DNA of 63,873 nucleotides, counting the filler, from Octopus bimaculoides (Eukaryota), in assembly GCF_001194135.2 (NCBI RefSeq). It is 6 parts of 4 records of this genome, joined end to end, with 100 filler letters (N's around TTAATTAATTAA, not from the genome) between each part and the next. Parts side by side here need not be neighbours in the genome. Positions count along the whole stretch, not along the records: positions 47,898 to 51,904 come from NC_068981.1; positions 52,005 to 62,140 come from NC_068983.1; 4 more parts are not named here. The stretch is one strand, 5' to 3'. Below are positions 50,410-62,240 of this stretch, piece after piece (positions within the stretch are counted from its first letter, which is position 1; each line of letters opens with the position of its first letter). The position numbers were made by a program, and so were the translations under genes. The notes beneath the pieces were generated by a model, which saw only the letters and a program-made list of their open reading frames with translations, made no database searches and was not told the DNA's origin.

Positions 50410-50580
50410 GATTTGACTGGGACTGGACAACCAGAGATGATGTGTTCAACTGTCTCATTGTGCTGGTTGCATATTCTGCATTTGGAGTTAGCGTCTGTTT
50501 TCATTATTTTGCTTTTATAGTTCTTTGTGATCAGGCATTGATCTTGTTCAGCGAGAATCACCACTTCCGTTTCTGCTAGC
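49583..50580 (-). mobile_element. R4/Dong-like RLE-type LINE 3' part with (AAT)n tail
   Basis: ETEVVILAEQDQCLITKNY...CRIC..HNETVEHIISGCP (CCHC finger) ... TCLLIDIAAPSDQNI..KELEKL.K...L.IE..KMW...TIPVIVGA.G (RLE endonuclease). A (TA)n interrupts it at ~50370-50406; (AAT)n at ~49587-49603. Confidence 0.85.
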
Positions 50581-52359
50581 GAATAATGAACATCATGGAT
50601 GTGCATCGGTTCCCTGCGAGGACAGATTAAACCTGAGATCATTGCCAAACAGGATTTAAGAAACTGCAAAAAAGAAACAAAAGTAGAAAGAAAATTATTT
50701 TGTAATGTAAGTTATTTCAGGAAAGCGAATGATTTCTCTCACATAAAGCAGACACGTTATCTCAGCAAACCATGTCGAGCTTCGATGTCTCAATCGAAAG
50801 CTGTGAGTGCGGAAACGAATGAAGTTAATCCGATTAATGACACGAGCATTCCTGTTTCTACACATAGACACACGACTGCTTCTTGCTTCTAAACAAATGT
50901 AATGTTTATACAATTCACAGACGAACGCGTCCAAACTTCCATACTTGATCAAAACAAACATCGACACACAGTATTTAAACAACTTAAAAATAAATAAAAA
51001 TGTTACAGGTCAATGTTTATAATATTACCTGGAAACGAAATTTTAAAAAAAATACTGCAACGGGTGTAAAAAATGTATAGGAAACAAATATGAAAATAAA
51101 AATGCGTGCAAAGCAACGGGGGTGGGGGGAGGACTTCGGAAAATTCACAAGATCCGAGTTTTTCCCTCATAACTTTTAGGAAAATGGTTTTTTAAATGAA
51201 ATTTTATTAAAAAAAAAATACCTTTCAAACGGCATAGAATACAAATATAAAGAAATTTGTGGGTAAAATCTTTTCCGATGGGGTGGGAAGAGGACTTCAT
51301 AAAATTCAGAAGATCCGATATTTTCCCTTATAACTGTTAGAGAAAAGGGTTTATTGAAAAATGTGGGTGGGAGGGGTTCCGATGAATGAATTACGGTGAC
51401 TTAACATACCACAATCAGTAATCTGGGATTAATATGTCCAGTGATTTTTGAGAGGTATGTAAAAGATATTTTGTTTTGATATTATACTTTCACTTGTTTC
51501 ATACACACACACAAACACAAACATGGTTTTTGCAGGGATTTTGTATCATTCTTTATCTCTCCTGCCCAGACATCGTTACCACTAAATTTTATAACTTCAT
51601 CATTTTCACTTATTATTCTTTCGAAACTAGTTTGAATTTTCAGTCTAATGCAATCCACACTCTAGAAAATATATTTCTGCAAAATGTTATCTTAAAATAT
51701 GGGTAAAGAAAAGGGGCTAATGCGGTTTCGCACCTCACCTTCAAAAATGCATTTTTTAAAAAAAGATTCTTCGGATTCCTAGTTGTGTTAAAAGTGCACT
51801 TGTAAAAATTTAACGAAATGTTAAAGAAAGAAATAGCCCCCGTTTTCTGAACAAAAAAAGTGTTTTGTGACATATTAGGTCACCGTAATTCATTCATCGA
51901 AAAANNNNNNNNNNNNNNNNNNNNNNNNNNNNNNNNNNNNNNNNNNNNTTAATTAATTAANNNNNNNNNNNNNNNNNNNNNNNNNNNNNNNNNNNNNNNN
52001 NNNNTAATCATCAATACTAATAATGGCAACATTGTTGTTATCTTTCTGCATTTTTGCATATTGAATCTTATTGTTCTATTGAGTTACACATGACTTTTCA
52101 TATATATATATATATATGAAAAGTCATGTGTAACTCAATAGAACAATAAGATTCAATATGCAAAAATGCAGAAAGATAACAACAATGTTGCCATTATTAG
52201 TATTGATGATTTTTATATTATATATTGTATATTCCATATTAATTTTACAAGAATATAAATAAAACATAAAAAATAGACAGAGTTGGAACTCTTTTAAACA
52301 AAATAATATATTCCTCTATACACAATCATACAAAACCCCTTTTTTTGTATTTATTTTTA

Positions 52360-52415
<56 letters not shown>

Positions 52416-52419
52416 AGTA

Positions 52420-53580
52420 CTGTGTTCCACCCTCACATAACAATTAAATTTTCATACACCCTACCCCAACAAACCAAACTACATCTCTCCCAAACTATCT
52501 CTTCTCTTCTTCACATTTCCTCTTCATACACTATGATTATCTCTCACTCCCTAATTCTGTCTTCACTACCTTGCTTACTGTATCATTACTTTCCCACCCT
52601 CTCTATATACCCAAGTTCTCACCAGTCACAGCATTACCCACCTCCACTCCCTACTCACACCTTCTTGGCAATACCTTGGAGCACCTGCAATCAGTTATCT
52701 TTCTCTTCCTTATTCTACCATCCCATCTATGTTCTGATCCCAGTTTCTTTTGAGTATACCCTGGCACTTTGCAACCAACTCTCTCCTGCTCTTGCTGTCT
52801 CCCACACTCTCTCTCTTTCCCTTGCTCTTCCCTCTGGCTGGGTAACCATGTATCTCCTCTACAGCAGCACACCTGTTTCTGTCCTCTTTCTTGTTAAGTC
52901 TCTCTCCCTCCCCCTTCTCTCTCTCTGGTTAATCATGTACTCCTCTTCAGCAACACACTTGTTTTTGCACTCATTCTTGATCACTCACTCTGTCTCCTTT
53001 TCTTGCTCTGCCCTCTGGCTAGGTAGCCATGTATTTCCTTTACTGCAGCACACCAGTTTCTGCTCTCTTTCTTGTTCTCTCTCACTCTCTCTCTCTCTCT
53101 CTTTGGTTGGATAACCATTTACCTCCTCAACAGAAAGACACCAATTTCTTCTCTCTGTCTCTCTCACACTCTAACCTTTCATCATCTGATGCAAGATCAC
53201 ATCCTCCAATGCCCCCTTCCCTCTCAAAGATTTCTTATCTTGCAAAGGAATCTTTGAGAGGTTACTTGGAGACCCTAACAGTGCAGGTGCCAATTAAAAA
53301 GCATCTAGTCCACATGGCAAAGTGATTGACATTTGGAAGGGCATCCAGCTGTGAAAGCCAAGCTAAAACTGATCTCGCCTGTGCTGGTGCCATGTGAAAA
53401 GCACTCAGCCCACTCTGTGAAGTGGTTGGTCCAAGGAAGAGTATCCAGCTGTAAAAGACCATGCCAAAACAGACACAGAAGTACGTTGCAGGCTTCTGTT
53501 TGGGCAGCTCGTATCAAACTCTCCAACCCATGACAGCATGAAAGAAGGACGTAAAACGCTGGTGATGATGATGATGATGA
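52420..53580 (+). mobile_element. Long non-autonomous element with internal ~90-bp tandem repeats and RTE-type tail
   Basis: CT-rich body, four ~90-bp units at ~52830-53175, then a duplicated gaagggcatccagctgt motif and tail ...acccatgacagcatg..ggacgtaaaacg + (GAT)n. Confidence 0.6.
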
Positions 53581-53718
53581 TATGTGTACACACTTGTACA
53601 CACATATGCACACACACACAGTCGTCATCTACCTCATCATCATTTTAACGTCTGCTTTTCCATGCTCGCATGGGTTAAGCAGTTTAAAGTTAATTATCAA
53701 ATATGTGGCAAGAACATA

Positions 53719-53789
<71 letters not shown>

Positions 53790-53953
53790 TGTGCGTTAAA
53801 TTGGGAAACAGTGATGAGTGAAAATTCTGTAAATAATTATTATATGTTTGAAACTTTTAAGCATTCATGCTGTATTGGCTATAGAAAGTAGTCTAATATT
53901 GGGGTATATAAGCCTGTGTATGTGTGTGAGTGCGTGCGTGTGCGTGCGTGCGT

Positions 53954-54007
<54 letters not shown>

Positions 54008-54625
54008 ATATTTGTACACAAACAAATGTAATGTTTGGCAATCAGGGTATTCTGTGTGTCTACTTCTTTGCACTCACTGTTACTGATGGAAATGGAGGGG
54101 TGTCATCATGACAAATACCATGTCTTGGACATCTCAGTCTGGTTGAGCCCTTCCTACTCCAGATTTGATTCTAGCCAATTTCTTCCAGAGAGAAAGGGAG
54201 TAAAATTAATATCAGTACTGTATTCATCAACTGAAAAGGATGAAAGACTAAGTTTACCTTGATGGGATTTGACCTTAAAGTACAAACAGAATACTCTTGT
54301 TATCAGTAAAACTTTCAGTTGTGCCTGGTATATAAAATAGAAAATCCACCTGCCATCTAGCTTGTGTTTCTTGGAGTGATATTCTTATCAGAGTACACTG
54401 TTGCCACATTGAACTCTTTCTATCCCACACCTTCATTAATTCTGGCTTCTCTTTACCCTCCCACATTTTTCCTTCAATACATCATGTCTAACATCATCTG
54501 CTTCTACTCAAATAACACCATCCTTTATTAGTTCCTAAAATTCAATGCTCAAACATCATTCACAATGCAAAATCTGCACGTCTTTATAAACTGAGACCTT
54601 GAAAACATTACATAATAAGATTATG

Positions 54626-54860
54626 TAAGGCGGTGAGCTGGCAGAAACATTAGCACGCCGGGCGAAATGCTTAGCGGTATTTCGTCTGCCGTTACGTTCT
54701 GAGTTCAAATTCGGCTGAGGTCGACTTTGCCTTTCATCCTTTTGGGGTCAATAAATTAAATACCGGTTATGCACTGGAGTCAATGTAATCGACTTAATCC
54801 CTTTGTATGTCCTTGTTTGTCTCCTCTATGTTTAGGCCCTTGTGGGCAATAAAGAAATAA
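54626..54860 (+). mobile_element. Young full-length tRNA-derived SINE with perfect 25-bp target-site duplication
   Basis: gaaaacattacataataagattatg at 54601-54625 and 54861-54885. A/B-box-like motifs tggcagaaacattag and gagttcaaatt; CpGs intact. Confidence 0.92.
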
Positions 54861-57044
54861 GAAAACATTACATAATAAGATTATGCCAATATTTTCTCAT
54901 TGAGTAACTAAAAAAAACAACTGCTTCACACATCAAGAAAACATTACTAATCCTACTTCATTTTTGTATTTGTTTTGCAGGATTCTTCATGTGAATTCAT
55001 GTCTTGAAACATATTTTATGGTGTCACAGGAGAATCATTACACATACAAGCAATTGGATATATATTTAACCAGTTGACTAATAATAAAGGAATGACATTG
55101 AACCAGTGCGTGTGAGTAATTAATATTGGGATAATGAATTTCCCTGGACACAACCAAATTATCAAGCCTCCTCTCAGTAAACATGAACAACATAAACTTG
55201 GAACCCTTGTGATAATTTTCAATGCTGTGCCTCTCTACCACAGGGTGTCTCTCTTGGTGAACACATTTTCTCAACATAGAAAAGACTGACCTTCTATTTG
55301 ACTATCAAAAAATACTTAAGTTACTAACAGCACTGTCTCTCTCTGCAAAGCAGCATTACCCTGAATATAGTTCTGGTTAATGAAGCTGGAGCTGCACACA
55401 GATATTACAGTCTGTATTCAAAGAAAGGTCAACCAGCTGATTGGCATGAAGCTGCTCACAAAACACATTATAGTGTCTGTTCTACAAGAAACTAATCTCC
55501 TTGCTCACTCTCTCTCTCTCCTCTCTCTCTCTCTCACACACACACCACTACTGTAGTGACCTCTACTTCTTGAAGATGGTCAGTCTCATGCTACTGTCAA
55601 TCAAGCACCTCCAACTCATTTGTTTATTCTTGCTCCATATAGTGCCTACCCCTGCATAGTCAAGTTCAAAACTTGTAATGGCAGAGCTTTATTGTGAAGA
55701 AATGTAAAAAAAATGAATGGACAAATGTATAATACATGAGCAGAACTAATTAATCAGGCTTCAATTTTGCTCCATAAAAGAGTTGGGCTACACATTAATC
55801 AAATTCTACCATATTAGCCTAAATAACAGAGCACTCTCATCCATCAAAATTTCCAGCAAGGTCAACAAGTTTCTATATAATTTCTAGGTATTGATATGAT
55901 TTTAAAAATAAAAATAAAATATAGCATTTTAGAAATTAGCTAGCCAAACTTACATATTTTTGCTTTTTGATAGGAAAGCATGTATAAAATCATATATTCC
56001 AAATTTTGATTGATAATGACTCTTATAAATGAATGATTCAAATAAAGGTGATGTTTCAACATGGTTGTCTTCCAAAAACTTGAATATATTTGTAGATCTT
56101 GAATATTCAGTTTACTTGTCCTTTTGTAAGACTGATATTGATAATTGACTGGAAGTTCAGGTACAAAGATATTGGTCAAATTTTCCAGCCACTGCTTTTC
56201 TTGGTAGAATAATTTACAGAAAGTTTTTATTTCCCTTAAGATAGAGTGTTAAAACAATATTTAAGTAACAATTCTTTCATGCTCAAAACACAGATACATA
56301 CTACTAGATTTAGTAGAATAGGGTTTAAAACAAACATGTTTATTCTTAACTCTCATAAGTTCCATTGATTTTTCTAAAGGAAATGAAACTGAGCACATAA
56401 CTAAATCAAGTTTTGAAAATAGAGCATGAAATTCAATAACAGTAAATCATAAACAGTTTTGAAATTTTTGGAGGAATTTTCATTTTGTTTGCTTTTTATA
56501 TAAGAACATCTTTACAGTTAATTTTAAACTTTGAGATTACATGCTTGAATGTAATTGTTTATAATTCTGTATAGCATCTTACTGAAATTGAACAAAAATT
56601 TCTTTTCTTACTTTTATAAATCAATATACACAATAATGTCTTGGAAAAATGCTGGTATACCAGCATTGATGATTCTGTCTAGAGTGTCCAAAAGCAAGAG
56701 GCTAAAGCATGTATAAGTATAAAAGAAATACCAAAATTTATTGACATGAACAAAACCTCAATATCTAAAAATTGATAGAGACAGTATAGGATGATTACAT
56801 ATTATTTTTGCTTGCATTATTTCTTCATGGCTCACTATGTTCTGAGTTCAAATTCCATTGGTTGACTTTGTCTTTCAACCTTCTATGGTCAATAAAATAA
56901 ATATCAGTCAAGTACTAAGATCAATATAAATGTCTTTCCTCTCTCTCAAACAGCTAATCCACTTCATGCAATAAAAATTATTACAGATAAAACTGTAATA
57001 AAATTTTAGCCTGATCAAAATTATGAATATTTTTAGTAGTAGGA

Positions 57045-57510
57045 GTATGCAAGGTAGTGAGCAAGCAGAATTGTTAGCATGCCAGACAAAATGCTTAGTG
57101 GTATTTTGTTTAGTTTTATGTTCTGAGATCAAATTCCACTGAGGCTGACTTTGCCTGTCATTATTTCAGGATCAAGGAAATAAATACTAGTCAAGTACCG
57201 GGATCAATGTAATTCACTTACTCCTCCTCTCAAAAACAGTTGATTCTATGCCAAAATTTGAAGCCAGTATTATTAGTAGTATTTTTATTAAGGCAGCAAG
57301 TTTCTAAAATCATCTGCACATCAGACAAAATGCTTAGTAGCTTTTTCTGGCTCTATATGTTCTGAGTTGAAATTCTGCTGAGGTCGGTTTTGCCTATTAC
57401 CATTTTGGGGTTGATAAAATAAGTTCCAGTTGAAAACTAGGGTTAATGTACTTGCCAAAACACTGTCCCTTAAAAGTGCTGGCCTTATACCAAAATTTGA
57501 AACCATTATC
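57045..57510 (+). mobile_element. Two tandem decayed SINE copies
   Basis: Two collinear CpG-depleted matches to the family (~57045-57270 and ~57290-57510). Confidence 0.75.
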
Positions 57511-60500
57511 TATTCATTCATTTATTTGAAATTTAAATTACATAAAGCAGAAACAGCATTGGGATTTAACAATTTATTGAGAACTGTTCTAATTTTGTAG
57601 CAAAATTAATCATTTGTTTCCATTTTGCTTCTTTCTATATGCTTTAATGATAAAAGCAAGTCTGACATTTAAAAGTTATTAAATTTCTTGATCATACGAT
57701 TTTAGTTCCTTCTGTAAAGAAATTAAATCTCAGAGAAATCATTTAGTAGATAAAGAGATGTCTTTAAATCATTGTAACCAAGATATGATGCAAGTGTAAA
57801 AAAAAAAAAACATTAAAAACATCAAAAGAAAAATTTCTTTTTTCATTTGACAATCTGTAAGTTATTTGTAGGAATCATATGAATATGGAAATTGAAATAA
57901 AATACATTTCAAAGAAAAAGGATTTTGGCTACTTCTCAGTGAATACTCTTCATGTTTGAAAATATGGTACCTTGATGATTTTAGTAGAGTAGCAATGTTC
58001 TGAGAATATCTTTTTGGTGTCATTTTCATGTAAAAACAATATTCAAGTTAATAAGAATATATTTAAAGCAGAGAGTATTAGAAAGCTAATTAATGTGAAA
58101 GGAAACAACCTAAGCCATTAGATTATACCATTTTGAGTCTTTAGGTAAATATAAGGGAGACAACTTCAATATTATTAGGACACTTCTGTGAAGCAGAGAT
58201 TTCACCATACTTGCCAAAGTAGTGATGACAGAATAACTAAATTTACATCTGTTGAAACAGGAAAATCTAAATGTTTAGAGATTAAAATTTAGCTCCTGGT
58301 GCTAACGGTATGCAAGTCATCCAAATTAATGTGATTTGGGGAATTTTAGATGGTTTGTAATTAATTATTCATAAATGCTATTCATATGAAAAATAATAGT
58401 CAAGTTATGTTAGTGTTAATGAATTTAATGGAAAGTCCATAAAAATTGTAAAAATGAAGGAAAATCTATTTAGGAAGTATGGGAGACAACTCTGAGTATG
58501 CTATTATCTTAGAACTGAACGAAACATAAACTTAATGATTTATCATTGTTCTGACAAGTATGGTGAGGTTTTGCTTCTCTGAGAAGTTGTAATAACATTG
58601 AAAGCTATCTGAAGTTATCTCCCATACTTGCCAAAAGAACTAAGATAATATTTGCTAATAACTAATATTGTTTTACCTTGCTGTATATGAATTTTTCTAG
58701 TACGATTTTTGTTATTCTCTCAATAAAGTTTGTCACCATAATTAAACTAAAATAAAGTCAGAAGATACCTTAGATGTGGATTCAAACAGATAATAGGACA
58801 AATAAGGAATCATACTTCAGTTTGGATGATAAGATGCAAGTTAAGTGTTTCTTGAAAGTGCTAAAATTATGGACTTCATAAAAAATAAACTGTAATTCTA
58901 AAAAAAATATTGATTTCTTAATTATGCATGATAAATGTCTTACTCACATACATTGTGGTACTAGTAACAGTAAAATATTAACTTTAACGGAGTCCACCCA
59001 ACTAACTTCTGATAGTGGCGAGGTTATAAAGTCTCCTTGGAATGAAATTCATTTTTCATTAGATGTATCATATTTTGTCAAATATTATTCAGTGAGTGTA
59101 AATGATTAAATGATATTAGATATGAAAGATTTAAATGTTATTAACCAATTTCTCCAACATTTAGCATAAAAGCATTAGAAGATAGAGAATCATGTTTAAT
59201 TTTTCTGTCTTCTTTTCTTTCTTTCACTATGTATATATGTGTGTATACACACACACACACATACATACACACGTGCTTACATACATACGCAATGATGGTG
59301 AAAATGTACTGTTTAACAAAGAAATTGGTAAATAGTATAATAAAGTAAGGGCACACCTTCTAAACTGTTATTTTTAGATAGCTAAGAGGTAACAGATGAA
59401 CAAGATGTAAGAGTTAGTAATTAAGGGAATGGAGACAGAAAGGGTTGCTGGACCATTAGACTTATACTGTAGATTATGTTGGCACTATACTAGTTACTTG
59501 TTTTGTCAATCCTGTTTATCATGCAACGGGGTTATAGTCAGAGACTGGTATAGCCAATCTGTCATCAAATAGTACAAATGTGAAGGAAAGAATATTACAG
59601 AATGCACAAAATAATAGATTAGATCAAAAATGTTAAAATAAAAAACGTAGTGTGAATTTGTATTATGACATAAAATCATATATGCCATTTTTAACAGAAA
59701 CAAATCTTCATCAAAGCAACTACCTTGATTTTGCATTCATTAATTAAGAAACTGCTTTTTATAGTCACACACTTTGTAGTCTGGTAGAGAATGAATATTA
59801 AATGTGGTTGAGTTATTTATGATAGTGATTCAGACTAAGCAAGATCCAAATTGATTGCAAACTCATTGAAACAATTAATGTTACTTATTGGTATTTACCA
59901 GAGCAGAAGAATCAAATTTTATAGATAGGTATTTATGCCAACCAACTGTCTTTATTATAATAATTCAAGTGAAAATTCAAGATTATGCAGATGATACTGA
60001 TTCTCATTAAGGGATATTTTGAAGGGCAAACAAAAATATTCTAAGCCTGTAAGAGCGATCGGAATTTAAAACAATCACTAAAAGTTCAGCATCATAACAG
60101 ATAAAGTACCAACAAGTAACAATGGGTGATAAAAAAAAAAGACAATTACTATTTACTTATTGCAAGTAATGCAGGAATTTCAGTAGAGTTACCTGGCAGA
60201 ATGATGGTGATTAAAAACTTTCATTGCACTATATATAGATATATGTATAGAAACATATAAATAAGAATTTTAGTATGTCTAATTCTAGTCATTAATATAT
60301 AAATGCAATTGATCGAAAGATATTATCTCCTTGATGCAGCACAATATTCAGTTGTTTTGGGAGGAAATATAAACTGCTACATAATAGAATACAATAAAAG
60401 AAGTATCTTATGGTAGAGAATTGGTATTTTTTTTATAGAAGAAATAATATAATTTGTAGGGTATTTTATACAATAGAGAAAATAAATTCGATGAAACGTA

Positions 60501-61222
60501 TTGTGGTATATTTATGGATGTGATCTTGATAGAGCTATTCATAGCACTTTAATGGATGTTGCAAATAGTGAAAGAAAAAGTAGTTTTGACATTAGAGTTA
60601 GAAGATAACAAAAATAATAGAAAAGGCTGTGGTTAACGATGAAACCTATTAATGTTTTTACTGGTAATATTTATTGATAATTTACCAAGTTAAGCTAATC
60701 TCTACAGTTCTATCTTTAGTTATAAACTGCAGGTTTCAATATATTTCCAACTGGCTCATTAAGAATTCCTTTTTGAAGAAAAGAAGAGTTGGTAATTCCT
60801 TCAAATTTCATTATTAGATAGAAATCATTAATGCTTAAGGTGCATTGAATATTTGATATTCAATGCATCATATTTCAAAAGACTCATTTATATATCCTAT
60901 AAACTGCAGCTGTCCTTTCCCACATGCCTCCTACAACAGTTTTCATTTTTATTCAATTGAATAGGAAAAAATATTGTTTTATTAGAAATGATATGGTTTC
61001 AAACTATGAATTTTGTATGTTCTTCTGAAATCATTTGAATTTACCTACATACATAAATACAAACATATGCATACATTCATACATACATATACGTTATGTA
61101 TAAGTGAATGCCCATTCAATATATACATATATATACGCACATACATATATGTGCAAACATGCATTGATACACAGACACATATCTGTTTTTCTATGCTAGC
61201 ATTGATTACATGAATTTGTGCG

Positions 61223-61286
<64 letters not shown>

Positions 61287-61869
61287 TATTAATTTACACA
61301 CACACACACATATAAAATGTTTATGTTTGCTCACACATCCATCATCATCATTTGAATGTCTACCACATTTCCTCACCTGCATGGGTCAAATGAAACTTGT
61401 TGAAGTACATTTTCTCAAGCTCAATGCTCTTCTCACTTTCAAGTGAAGTAATATTTTCCCCAAGTCCTTTAGAGGAGCACTGAACATGCTGCTGAACATG
61501 TTTCCAATGAAAATTGCAAATGAATGACACTACCTGTAAGTCAATGACATGTGTTTGCAATTAGCACAAAATGTCTGGACACAAGGACACACAAACAACC
61601 TGTGCATACAGCACACACACACACACACACACACATTCTGTCTCCTCCTGTTTCTCTCTCCCCCTCTCCCCCTCTCTCTCCCCTATCTCTCCCCCTGTCT
61701 CCCCCTTTCTCCCCCCTCTCTCTCTTCCACTTTCTCCCTCACTCTCTCACACATATACACATTTGCTTGACAACTATGTGGTGTGATTCAGGTTTAGTCT
61801 CAGTACCCAGAAACTTGGGCAACAAGTCCCATCTCTTATAGCTCCAGACCAAACAAAGTTTGATAAATG

Positions 61870-62140
61870 CAAAATGCAGTTTGGGTTCGTGCCAGGTAAA
61901 AGCACTACTGATGCCTTATTTCTAGTGAGACAGTTGCAGGAGAAATACCTAGCTAAGGATAAACCTCTGTACCTGGCTTTCGTTGACATGGAGAAAGCCT
62001 TTGACAGGGTCCCCCGATCCCTTATCTGGTGGTCAATGAGGAAACTTGGGATAGAAGAATGGCTAGTGAGAGCTGTGCGAGCCATGTACAGAGATGCTGC
62101 CAGTAAGGTGAGGGTTGGAAATGAGTACAGCAATGAATTC
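61870..62140 (+). mobile_element. RTE-clade LINE RT fragment, uninterrupted, ends at a gap
   Basis: MQFGFVPGKSTTDALFLVRQLQEKY...LYLAFVDMEKAFDRVPR..IWWSMRKLGIEEWLVRAV. Confidence 0.92.
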
Positions 62141-62240
62141 NNNNNNNNNNNNNNNNNNNNNNNNNNNNNNNNNNNNNNNNNNNNTTAATTAATTAANNNN
62201 NNNNNNNNNNNNNNNNNNNNNNNNNNNNNNNNNNNNNNNN

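Noticed and set aside
52422-53114. 230-aa plus-strand ORF
   Set aside because: Ser/Leu low-complexity translation of a CT-rich tandem repeat.
60839-60869. Perfect 12-bp hairpin tgcattgaatat-ttg-atattcaatgca
   Set aside because: Short and AT-rich; plausible by chance or local duplication, with no supporting context.
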